Below, piece by piece: positions 11,301 to 23,300 of a stretch of DNA of 31,125 nucleotides (position 1 is its first letter; each line of letters opens with the position of its first letter). A program made the translations under genes and the position numbers. The notes under the pieces are model-generated. The model searched no databases, was not told the DNA's origin, and saw nothing but the letters and a program-made list of their open reading frames with translations. Source of the DNA: Catajapyx aquilonaris (lineage: Eukaryota); assembly GCA_000934665.2 (NCBI GenBank), contig KZ538246.1:62001-93125 (forward strand). The letters are read 5' to 3'.

Positions 11301-14300
11301 TCTGTGGCCATTTTAAAAGAAAGCAAATGCAAATAAATGACTTTCAAGTCAGATTTTAAAAATTATTGTTCTGTAATTTGAAAGTCATAATATTATCTGT
11401 ATCATTAATTATTCTGTGGTTCTTCTCTCATGAAAGGAAGTCATGCGACAGAAATCAATTTTTCAGGAGATGTAACAATTGATTTTGCTGTAAAGTTTAG
11501 GAATCATAAGATTGCACACCTAGACCCACCTCTTTTGAAGGCATGTGGGAGGATACAATACAATATAGTGGTTTTATGCAGCACGATATCCATTTCACTT
11601 CATATCCGATAGACTTCTCCCTTACGTCATCTAAAGGGGTGGGTTTACTGCCGTCAGATGTAAGAAGACCGTAACTCGAAAACCACTAAGGGCGAAAGTC
11701 GCATGCACGCCCTGCACTAATCCCCTCTGAGCCAGGGTGGATTAGTGCACGGCATGCATGCGACTTTCGCCCTTACTAGTTTTTGAGTTACGGTCTTCTT
11801 ACAACTGACGGCAGTTTAGGTGCACAATCTATTGTTACCAGTGTTTTAGAGCAAAGTCTATTCTAAGAGGGATCCATTCATCTCATGAGAAGTGGATTTG
11901 TATAACTTTTGCTCTTATTTGCGAAGCTGCAGAATTTTCATGGGAGACAGAAAGACAGAAATTGCCAAAGCTGTGTACTATACGTGTGCTTATACTGTGT
12001 ATGATCTGCTCATGGGTGTAGTTGTAATTTTTTTGTTACTTGCATTAGCTGGTAAGTTAGGGCTGGCTATCTGAAAGCAAATTAAGGAGAAAATCTCTGA
12101 TTACATATTCTGATCCAAAATCTGAGGTTTTCTATAAATCTCTGATTATTATGCACACATAGCTAAGATGTAATACATAATTTGACATAATTGAAGATTT
12201 CCTCCTTAATATTCAGTTGATGCAACTGTCCCTAAGTTCCAGTGCTAATCTTGGATTTTTAATTGCAAAGGAGGTTTGGCGTGAACGTGACGGACTTTGG
12301 ATCATCATGGCGTGATGGGAGGGCCTTCCTTGCCATTGTGAACTGCATAAAGCCAGGCCTGGTAGATATGGATGCCTTGAGCCATGCATCTAACCGAATG
12401 CGCTTGGAGACAGCATTCAGAGCTGCTGAATCAGAGCTTGGAATCGCCCGGTTGCTAGATCCAGAGGATGTGGATGTTCCCCGACCGGATGAAAAGTCTA
12501 TTATGACCTATGTTGCTCAATTCTTACACAAGTATCCAGAGCCTAGTAAAGGGGAGGACGACCTCTTGTCCAGGATACAGTTACAGTATGAGGAGCTGGT
12601 GTCATGGCTGATGCAGAAGACACAGTACATGGACCACATGAAGCAAACACAGTCCCTTTCGCATGATTACCAGGTGAGGTCAATGGAGACTTGTCCTGAA
12701 AGTTTTCAAGAACTCCAACAAACACTTGCTTTCACATTGACTCCTCTCTTGACTTGCCTGACTTGATGGCCTACGAGTATTTGAAGCTGAGTAGAATATT
12801 GTTGTGTATGCCTTGAAATGATTATTTTCGTGTATAGTACACCTTCAATCCTTGACCATGCTGCTGCAAGCTTTTTTAAAAAAAGGCTATGATATGTATA
12901 ATCAGCGTTGATAGAGTCTGTTCATGTTTCTCAATGTTGATCTTTTTTTCCAGGATTTGCTAGCTTTCAAGGTAGAGATGAATGAGAAGAGGGGATTGTA
13001 TGAAAGGCTTGGACACCTTGTGGAATCCAAGGCCAGCAGCATTGGTATAAGTCCAGACTCATGGAAGGAAATTGAAAAGCTATGGGAGAAGTTAGAAGCA
13101 CAGGTATGATGTGATTCCCTGTTTCTAAGTGTCAAAAATAACAATTTATTATGGGCAGGTTCGTTACTGGCAACGGGTACTTGATGCTTGCCTTCCGGGC
13201 CAAATGGGTCATATTGGGGAGTGGTTGTATGAAGCAGAAGAATTGCTGGCAACTGATGATGTGCCTCCAGTGATGAATGAAGAAGTTGCCAGCATTTTGA
13301 ATCGAAAGATAGAGCAGCACAAAGCAAGTGTTCACTTATTTGTAGGAAGTAGTAAGACTAGATTGTAACATATATATTTGTTTCTTGGGGCCAGGTTTTC
13401 TTTGCCAAGTTGCCTTCGATGCAGGAGCTGTTTGAGAAGGAGAAATGCAGCCCTGCTGCTCAAGAAGCACCTCTAGAGCAACTGGAGTATCTTGGCTCAC
13501 GTCTCAGAACCATTCAGCCAAGGGCAGCTCGTAGACTTGCAAAACTCAAATACCTTGAACACAAGGTAATTATCCTGCCATCTATGTTGAAGTTAACAAA
13601 TATTGACAGATACACTGAACTTTTACAGTGTTGTTTGGTGGCCTTTCTGGTACTGGTGGAAAGCAAATTGCGTAACTGGACTGTTAAATATGGCAGGGAG
13701 GAACGGGTCCAGCAACTTCTGGACCAGTACCGTAACTTTGTGTCCCGGAATAAGATTTTTCAGGAGTTCAACAAAGCTTATGTAGACATGCAGCAGGTGA
13801 TTGAAGAGTACAAACGGGAAGGAAATGCAGGTAATTTTGGTGTAGCTGTAAGCACTTGCATGGTCATGTTATTGCTCAAGTCATTTCAGATCAAAGGGAA
13901 TCAACTGCTATTGACCGATTCATGTGGGAAGTAGCAGAGAGGTGGAAGAGTGTCTCAATGGAACTGAGATGTGTCCAGAGTATGTTGGAAGAAGTTCTGG
14001 CATACTGGAGGCGATGGAACTCTCTTTCAGTTGAGTTTGAGACTTGGCTGGACAAGGCATTTGGTATGCTGGACTTGCCTGAGGATGACAAGATGGAGTA
14101 CTTTCAGGTATGTAAGAATTTAATGAACAGGGGCTTCACACTCCAAACTAATCAAGTGAAGGGCTTCTAGAGGACTCATCAAGAAATGTACCACATGTCA
14201 AAGGTGACAATGTGCCTTATTTAGTGCAGGAATAATGGGTAGTCGTAGATGGACAAAATGTTTCATAATTTGGAACAGAAGAATAAGTTACATATGTCTG

Positions 14301-17300
14301 CAAATTTTAATTTTTAAATTGTAGGACATTGGCATCTGGCATGATAAGTACCAGCTGCTAAGTGACACAGTCAGCTTCCTGATTGCCACATGTGAAGATC
14401 CAGTGTCAGCTGACCTGAAGGACAGATTTGGTAGGATCACTGCCAGATGGGAGGAGCTTTTCCAGGATGTGAGGCAATACCAGCACACTGGAGAAGTAAT
14501 CCGTATCCGGAAGGAGTACAGATCTGGACTAGAGCGACTGCAGAAATGGCTCCGAGCTGCAGAGAGGTTACTGAAGGCCCCTCAGCCCTGCAGCACTGAA
14601 ATGGTCAAGGCACATGGCGAGGAATTGCAGGTGCCTTACTGATTATATTGCATTTAATCACCTTCTTCTAGGACCTTATTTAACCTTGCTTCAGGTGCAG
14701 AAAATCTGACCCTGATTTTGTACCAAAAATCCCAGTCAACCAATTCATTATGGACATTACAAGCTTTTCTTGCTGGGATGCATTCCTGACATGTCAGAGC
14801 TTTTCCTAATATGATTTTACTGAGGTTCATCTCTGACTTTGGTCCTTACATTTACAGTGAATTCAGGCTGTAAAACTGAATGCATAAAAAGTTTTATTTT
14901 TGGGTCATATCTTAACATTTTAATCCTTATTCAACAATGCAATGTTACCTTGTGCTCTTGAGACTTCCCTATAACCAAGTCAATCAAAGTGAAAGGGACC
15001 AACATGAGTCTAAAGCAATTAATTGTGTCTTGTTTGTGCCACTAACAGAAGCTGCAATCAGAAGGTGAGGAGATGGAGGAATTATTCAAGAATGTTAGTA
15101 AGAAGTTCCAAGCCCTTGTCCAGGAGCTGTCATCTGAAGAGGTGGAGAGAATGATGCGAACCCTGAAAAAGGAGAAGGGTGAGAAGGGTGACCCATAGTG
15201 AAAAACTTTAAAACACAGTCTTACCTCTTTCCTTTTTACAGAATCATTGGTGAAAGTTCGTGCCTTAATCCCCAACAAGCTATACATATTTCATCAGCTA
15301 CTGGCCCAGCAAGAGGCCTTGGAGTCTGGCCACGTGGAAATCAACAAGTGGTTGGATGATGCTGAGGATCTTCTTGGCTCTCATGGTACAGCCACTGGTC
15401 CAGAAGCAGTGCATAAGCAGCTGGACAAGCACAGAGTGAGTCACCATGGAAGGATCCTTTGTGTTATCTCAGATTCATGGCTGCCTTTTTATGCTTTTTC
15501 TTGGGCACTCCATAAAATCTGTATTGTGGCAGAGAATGAGTACTTATTGCAACATGCCGCCTAAGATTAAGAAAGACTGAGGCATAGTGGCCCTTTCTGG
15601 TTAAAAAACAAGTAGAACAAGTAGATAAGCATTATTTGGTCAGATCTTGTACATTACATAATTATGTTACATTTGTCACTTCTCTTTGGAATGTGTAACA
15701 TAACAAAGCAAACTTTTTTTAGGTGTTTTTTACCAGAACTCTATATTACCAAACAATGCTGGACAGCAAAAACAAGATATTCCACAACATATTGAAATCA
15801 GCAGGAACAAGTGAAGACATTGACACTGCTGAGCTTGTAACCATGATGAAGGATCTCAATGAGAGGTTCAGGAAAGTGACTGCAGAGGCCAAGCGTTGGG
15901 AACAGAGGCTACATGAGTCGGTTCGTTACTGGCAGAACTACAAGGAGAATGAGAAGGCAGTGGTAGAATGGCTACAGACAGCTGACAAGATGTTGGCTGA
16001 GAGGCAAATAGACACCAAGCAAAAGGTGGAAGCACAGAAAGCATTCTTTGAGGGGGCCAGTGAGAAGAGGATTCGCGATCTTGTCAGCAGTTCTCAGGAC
16101 TTGAAGGGAAGGTGCACAGAGGAGCACTTGATTGTAATCAAAACTACAGTCACAAAGTTAGAAGCTAGGTGGAAGGTATGTGGCTCAACATCGTTGCTTT
16201 TATACAAAATAGTTGCAAGGAAACTAAATATTTTTAAGCCTTGTTCCTGTCATTGCAATTTCTGGCCCTTGATCACAGAGAAGTTTGATTTCTTCTGTGA
16301 TAAATTGACTATAGTGGCATTTTTAAAACTTCTGTTTCAACCGACTGGGCCATTTTTAGAAATGCTCATATTTTATGAGACATATACAACCAGTTCACCA
16401 AAGCTAGGAATACAAGATGAAATTGACAGTTTTCAGCCTACTTCGGTCCATTGTATTCATGAGAATGGGCCTTTAGGAATACTTACCTTTCATAGAAATT
16501 CAGCCTTAGACAGGAAAGTTACATATTCCAGTTTTACAGTGGTATTTTTTCACTCTCTTAACAAATATGATGCCTTTGTGTCCCATTTCTGCATGGCTGC
16601 TTTAATTTTCCAATATTGATTCTAATATTATAATATTTATAGGAAATAGTTGCCTTTGGGCCACTGCATTTGTCTAAACTGGAGTTCCAACTGGAAGAAG
16701 AAGCCTTTTCTCACTACATGAAGGAGATTGAAAAAGAAGTGGATGCGGAACAGGCAGCATTCAACAAACATGAGGACATTGAAACCATTCTCAACAGGCA
16801 TACAGTATGTGTGCAAATTTTTAATTAGTGAAGTTGTCCTTACTTGCCTAATTTTTTGCAGGATTTCTTTTCAAGTGGAAAAATAATGAGCCAGGCAGAG
16901 AATGCGCTGGAGAAAATGGCACGTATCCAGAGCCACTTTACTCAGCGCAGGCCTCAGGACACTAGCTTGAAAGAAATATATGCTAAGTGTCAGAATCAGT
17001 GGGAGAATATGCTGGGAAGGATTGACAGCTTGCACAAGCAAATGCAGCAAATTCCTCAGCAGTGGAAAGCCTATGAAATCAAGTTTGTATCATGATATAA
17101 TTATTTGTAAATGGGAGTCCTTTACCTAATAATGCATTGTGATCAACAGATTCCTTGAAATGGTGAAATGGATGGATTCGGTGGATACAGCTCTAAGCAA
17201 AATTTTAATTGATGTAGACAATTCAGAGAAGTTTGAGGAAGAAAAAACAAAGTTCTTGGTATGTTGACTTTTTCTCCTGTCATAATTTTTCTTCTCTTAG

Positions 17301-20300
17301 TTTGAGATATTGCATTTTTTTTCTGCATCTGAGCATGTGCAAATTGAGTTTTAAACCATTTTTCAGCTTATTTTGTTCATATAACAGACTCTAATTTGTG
17401 CAGCAAAACTCTAACATTATAACTGAAGCGTGGCATATTGAATGCTCAATTTTCCAGCGGAAAAACCTTTCATGTATCGACATATAGGGTTATAGTTATG
17501 GTGACATTAATTTATCTTCAGTCAACAACAGTGCAATGCCATATAGTATGTACAAAGAAAGGAAACATGACATTGTACATTATTCATGAACATCTGTGCC
17601 AATACATTGGCACATGAATAGAAACTGAAGCATGAAGCATTTCTGAGCCTTCAAATGGAATTTTTTTATTGGAAATGATTATGCCATGTTTCATCTAGCC
17701 TCTCTTCATTCACTGCCACATTGCTTTCTTATATTTAATCAATCAGTACTTGATGGTAAAAACTTATGAGATCATCTGGGAGCTTCTGGTTAATGAAGGC
17801 AGTTTGTTACTGGTAGATCATTCATTAATATATCCTTTCCAACTTTTTTCAGACTTCTCTTTAGAATTTGCTCCTTTACTGAGAAAATGAATGCATCCTT
17901 ATTACGGTTACACAATTGAGGATTGAGACTTCTACAAAGTACAATTATGATGATGTCATCATTGATTTCCTCATATAAATTACTGAATAGATCACTCACA
18001 CATAATGCTGTTTGTGATTTTTCTATATAACGAAATTTAGATATTAGTGAATATGGTAGTTCTCTTTTTTTGGTTTTCCGTTTCATTTCGTTATATGGAA
18101 ACTCACTTACCTATTTATCATGGCTGCATGACATTCATAATTTTACATGTTTATTTTCTTATTATGGTTTCATCTTGTTTTCATGCATCCCTGGAATTAG
18201 ATGATTTCTCTGAGGGTAAAAAATATGAAATAAGTCTTTGAGACTTGCTTGTGAATTTTTTTTGGACTGGAAAAGATGTTGCTTCTGAAACTGACCAACA
18301 CTTCTTGCATTACAGAGCATTTGTCGTGATGTTGATGCTAGAAGAGAAGACATGAAGCGACTGGTGCAGTTACTTGATTCCCTCGTTTCACACCGCACTG
18401 ATGATGACAGCCTGAAAGAACAGAGGAAGCTTGAGGCTCTTATTTCCAGATACAAGAATCTCATCCCCACAATCGAGATAACAATGGTCAAGACAGAGGT
18501 GTATTCAAAGTGCTACACCTATCGTGAGGACATCAGAAAGGTGAGATAGTGTTGGATAGTTCATTTGGGAAGGGTCCAACTTAGCAACTGCCTAAATAAT
18601 ATGAATATGGTGAGTGGAAAAAAAAAGATCAGAAGAGATATCAGTAATTTGAGGTGGTGAATTTTCTATACCATGGCTTAATATTGGAAAAAATTTCAGG
18701 CCAAAATAGTGGGATAGGTGGAAGATCGAGGTCAGACTGTCATGCACACTTAATTACAAGGTTTTGAAGTGTGTCAATGAGGAGGTAGAAGCCCAGTTTG
18801 GATGACATATTCATGTCCATATAGGATAATCAAAGATGTTGTCTTAATTTTGGTGCTATTACTAGCTCTAAATTTTCATCTTTGTGCTATACACCTTTAT
18901 TTGAGGATGTGTGTTGAGTAAATGGAAGCACTTCAAATTTGAAAATTATTATGAAGGTAGCAGGACATGTTTTTGTTGTGTTCACTAGTGGCATTCACAG
19001 CAAGTTATGTTGTTATTTCTCCCTCTCTAGGTGTGTGGACTTTTAAATGAAGTGCGAGAGAATTCTGCTTCTGAGGCCCGTCCAGACACCTTGGACACGG
19101 TTACCCGCCTTATTGGTCAGCAAGATGCAGCCATCCATCACTTGGAGGACCAGCGTACCAGCATTATGAGCCTCATTCAGCGGGGGAAAGACCTTCAGAA
19201 GGATGTAAATGCTCCTGAATTTATGCGCAATGAAGCTCAGGCCCTTGAGTCTGCCTGGACTGATGCATATGCACAAGCAGTGGAGAAGCTCAAGAAACTG
19301 AAAGGAACTCATCGTTTATGGAATGAGTATCAAGACCAGAGGAAAGAACTGCAGAAACTACTGGACCAGGCAGAGGAGGAGCTGAAGAGGATTACCCCAG
19401 GGCAGGATCCAAGGCAGGTGGCAGCCGACTTAAGAGCCAAACAGGATTTGGCTGTTTCCTTGAGGCAGGCTACAGAAGATATGCTGAAGAAGCTCCGTGA
19501 TCTAGGTCGTATGCTTGGAGAGGTGGCACATCCAGACAGGTTAGTGTGACTGTATCAGAACGACATTTAGTGCTTATATATTTTTCTATTTTTAATGTTC
19601 TTGAAGAAAGGAAAGGAAAACAATTTGATGACTGTTACTTGAGTCTTTTCATGTATTTTTGTCTGAAAAATTGGAGTGTGTACTTTCTTTAAGAAAAAAT
19701 ATTGTTGCAACATTGGTACTGATTTTAGTCATTAGGGTTCATCTTTTGAACATTTTGAACATTTTTGAACAGTTAGAAAATATTGCATAAGTTTCAGTTG
19801 TGATATTTATTCATAGAGAGATTATGCAGGGTGGTCTCACAAGGAAGGTACACTACAGAATTTCTGGTCATTTAGCTATTTTTTAGTAACCACAAAATAT
19901 TACATCACTTATAGGGCCAGTTTGTATATGAATGTGAGTTTATGTTTATGTTGGCGGAGACTCTCGAGTGCGCTACCCTATCATAGGAGTTGCAGGGGGC
20001 TGCTATGGAGTTAGGGAACCAGTATAGGAAAACAACAGCTGACTCTATAGTTAACCTGAACTCATATTCATACAACAGGTCCTTAGTAGATCAAAGTAAC
20101 AGCAACTCTTCAGGCCTCAGTTGCCCAAAGTGACATACAAGTACTGCATTATGGCATCATTAAATTATACTTTTCCAACCTATTTGTATAGGTATGGTTT
20201 TTTCTTTTCAAATTGATTCTAGTAAAAGCAAAAATGGGTCTCAGCAATGACTGCCAGAAATGTACCTCAACGCTGTAATTCTCATAGTGCAGCTCATAAG

Positions 20301-23300
20301 AAAGTAGATGGCTCTTTAAAAATTATTTTTTATTTGGCCAGAAATAGGAGTGGGCAAGCATTAGGCATGAAAAGAGAGCAGTACTTTCAAATCTACAACT
20401 AACCAAATATTTTCTTATTAGAAAACAGATAAATAAGCAGAATACCTACTTTCAATACACCTTCCTTCTTGGGCTACCTATATGAGAACCTCAGTTGCAA
20501 AAACCGACAAATCCACTTTTCAAAAAAAATTAGATTGAGATGGAAATGCATTTTTGGGGACATTCTCTACATGCTGACACTGTTTTCTTTTCCAAAACCC
20601 GACAAATCCAACGCGAAAAGACAATGTTTTTTTCAAATGCCAACAAATCCATGTATACCTATTCCAAAATACAGGGTCATTGAAGAAGAATGTCCCATTT
20701 TATAAACCCTATAACTCAAAAACTTGCCAACATAGCTTAATGATTTAAGGTTTGAAATACTAAGAAAGGTCAAAAGTTGGTCTGACCTTAGTTTGTTTCG
20801 ATATGAACTTCATTTGTTGCTCGACAGATAAAAGAAGGTGGTAATCGGTGTCGTGCCAAACCCACTTAATCATATCTGGAGTTACCGTTGCAATCCCATC
20901 CCGTATGTCCTGTATATGATGGGTATTTACACCACACACATTGTTCTTCATGAATCATGATGCACATAAAAAATCGCTTCATCCAAGAAACAAATCTGCT
21001 GTAGGAAAGTTTCATTTGTTCAGCCTCCCAGTGCAGTGTGCCAAGTCTTGAATGAGATGTTTCCTAATGCCTAACCCCTCCAGAAGCCCAGATCTGACCC
21101 CAATGTACTATTTTGTGGAGATACAAGTATGGTTAAAAAATTCGCCATCTACATCACCTACAGGAAAATATGTCAATGGTAACACCAAACATGCTGTGTT
21201 TAGTAAGTGGGTTAGGAAAGGCACAGGTTACCGTATTTACATTTTTGGAGCGACACAATGAGCTCATATTGAAACAAACTATGGTCATACCAAAACTTTA
21301 GACATTTCGAAACATTTCACAACTTAAATCATTAAGATATCTACAAGTTTTCGAGTTATAGGGTTTTAAAAATGGGACATTCTTTTTCGATGACCCGGTA
21401 CGAAAAATTCTGCGTTGTACCCCTCAAGGATTATTGCTGGCGTTTCTTAGGGCGACAAATTCGAACATCATGCAATATATTACATCATTAAATAAGGAAT
21501 CACTCAGTCACAGGAATGACAAAATTTTCGTCATTCTCATTATAAAGGTAATGTTGGGGATTGTTTGGTAGTCCATTATGGTTGCACCATGTTGAAACTT
21601 ATTTTTGTACACAATATAAATATTTGTCAGTTTAAGTTCCTTGCAAAATCCGACAAATCCACTCCCTATGCATCAAAATCCAACAAATCCAAATAGTCAC
21701 TTTTGAAATGAGTCATTTCCACATGGGTTACATTTTGGAGAAAGCATTCATCTGATGCAGCATCGAAAGTTGTAACATATGCATCTGTGACCATTTTTGT
21801 ACAGTAATTAGGTCAGCCATGACAGGTTTTTCTCAAATGTCTCAGAACCAACTATTTTGGATTTGTCTGCTTTTGCAACTGAGGCACTAATATGCTAACA
21901 TGTATAGTTTAGTGTTAGTACCATTTTCTGCTCAGGGGGTTACAATAATTCTGCTAAAGTGCGTTTCATGAGTTTCCTTTGTTGTTGCATTAGGCGGGTA
22001 ATTGTGGAGAAGGAAGTGCTGGAGATAGAGACCCGCATGACCACCATCCTAACTCGACTTGATGGTCGCATCAAAGACCTTGAGCACTTCAGTGAGCGAT
22101 GGAATGCTTTCTCTGCCCGTCTGGAAGAGATGTACACCTGGATGAAGAGTGCACAGAAGGTCCTTGACCAGTTGCTGCAAATGGAGATGGCACCTGAGGA
22201 GAGGGTGTCCAAGACTATGGACCTTCAGATGCAAATCACAGAGAGGGTGAAGTTGTTGCGAGCACTGGAGGCTGATGTGAAGGAACTGGATATTGGAGCT
22301 TCAGAGCACCCAGAAGCACAGCAAGTGTCACATAAAGTGGCTGCTGTCAAGGGGAGCTTAATGACTCTGCACCAAGCAGTTGAGGCACAAAGCGCTAATG
22401 TCAATCAGGATTTGGCCACCTGGAAGGAATTCCAGGTAAGAAAGTTATGTTTTACATATAAATGTCATTTGGAAATTTATACATTTACGTTTAAAGGAGG
22501 TGCAGGCAAAATGCACCGTCCTGTTTTCAAATTAAGAATTATTTCATTGTTTTCAATTTTAAAGCATTGTTCTGGAAAAAGGACATATGACAGACTGATA
22601 TGCGGGCATGCAATGGACTTTGATAAACACATTAGGAGATGCAACTTGGTATAATGATGCCAGAGGCCCCATTCTTTAATAATTAATATATCATGAAGGA
22701 TACATAGTTTTAATTTTCTTATTTTGTGTTAATGTAATAAGTTCAGGTAGTAAGTTGTAAGGATGTGAAATCTGTACACTTCCTGGGCAAGAGTTAAGTA
22801 TTCTGCCAGTAACATTGAAGTGAGTGCAGAAAATCATAAAACTGATTCGTTGCAGATGGATGTGCACAAGATGAAGCCCTGGTTGGAGCAGGCAGAGGTA
22901 AAGGTGGCAATGGGTCTTCCTAAGCCAGTTACCCTATCAGAAGCTCAGCACATGCTAAAGGAGATATGTACTTTCCATGGAGACTGTCAGGCCCAGCAAG
23001 GCCACCTTTATGAGGCCCTTGGCAAGAGCAAGAAACTCTCATGCCAAACCAGTGCCCAGGACGAGGTGGATGCCATGCATTCTCGTTGGACTGCAGTGCA
23101 TGGCACAGCGGGCCAGTGGCAGGACAAACTGTCTGGACTAGTAGCCAACTGGGAACTTTTGAATGCATCCACGAAGGCTGAGGTGGATTGGCTAAAGGAT
23201 GCTGAGAGAGCTGTCGAAGAAACAGTCCCACCTGATGCAAGCATGGAGAAATTGGAAGGCAGGTTAGCCCAGCTGAAATCTTTGAATCGGGAAGTGTCAG

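Noticed and set aside
12268..12273. AAG-GAG tandem (NAGNAG) acceptor
   Set aside because: GAG acceptors are rarely used, and the effect would be a single residue.
16176..16619. ORF read-through of about 147 codons after exon O, as a possible alternative terminal exon
   Set aside because: A strong AAG|gtatgt donor at 16176, an abrupt switch to AT-rich intron-like composition and no spectrin pattern. Similar tails at 22436-22654 and 29183-29382 were rejected for the same reasons.
19744..19771. Small tandem duplications (ttttgaaca x3; also cacagagattt x2 near 28553-28574 and aacaagtag x2 near 15607-15624)
   Set aside because: Ordinary slippage duplications in introns with no evident consequence.
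20500..21690. Recurrent CGACAAATCCA motifs as a CRISPR-like array
   Set aside because: Short, irregularly spaced, in eukaryotic context, and explained as transposon subterminal repeats.
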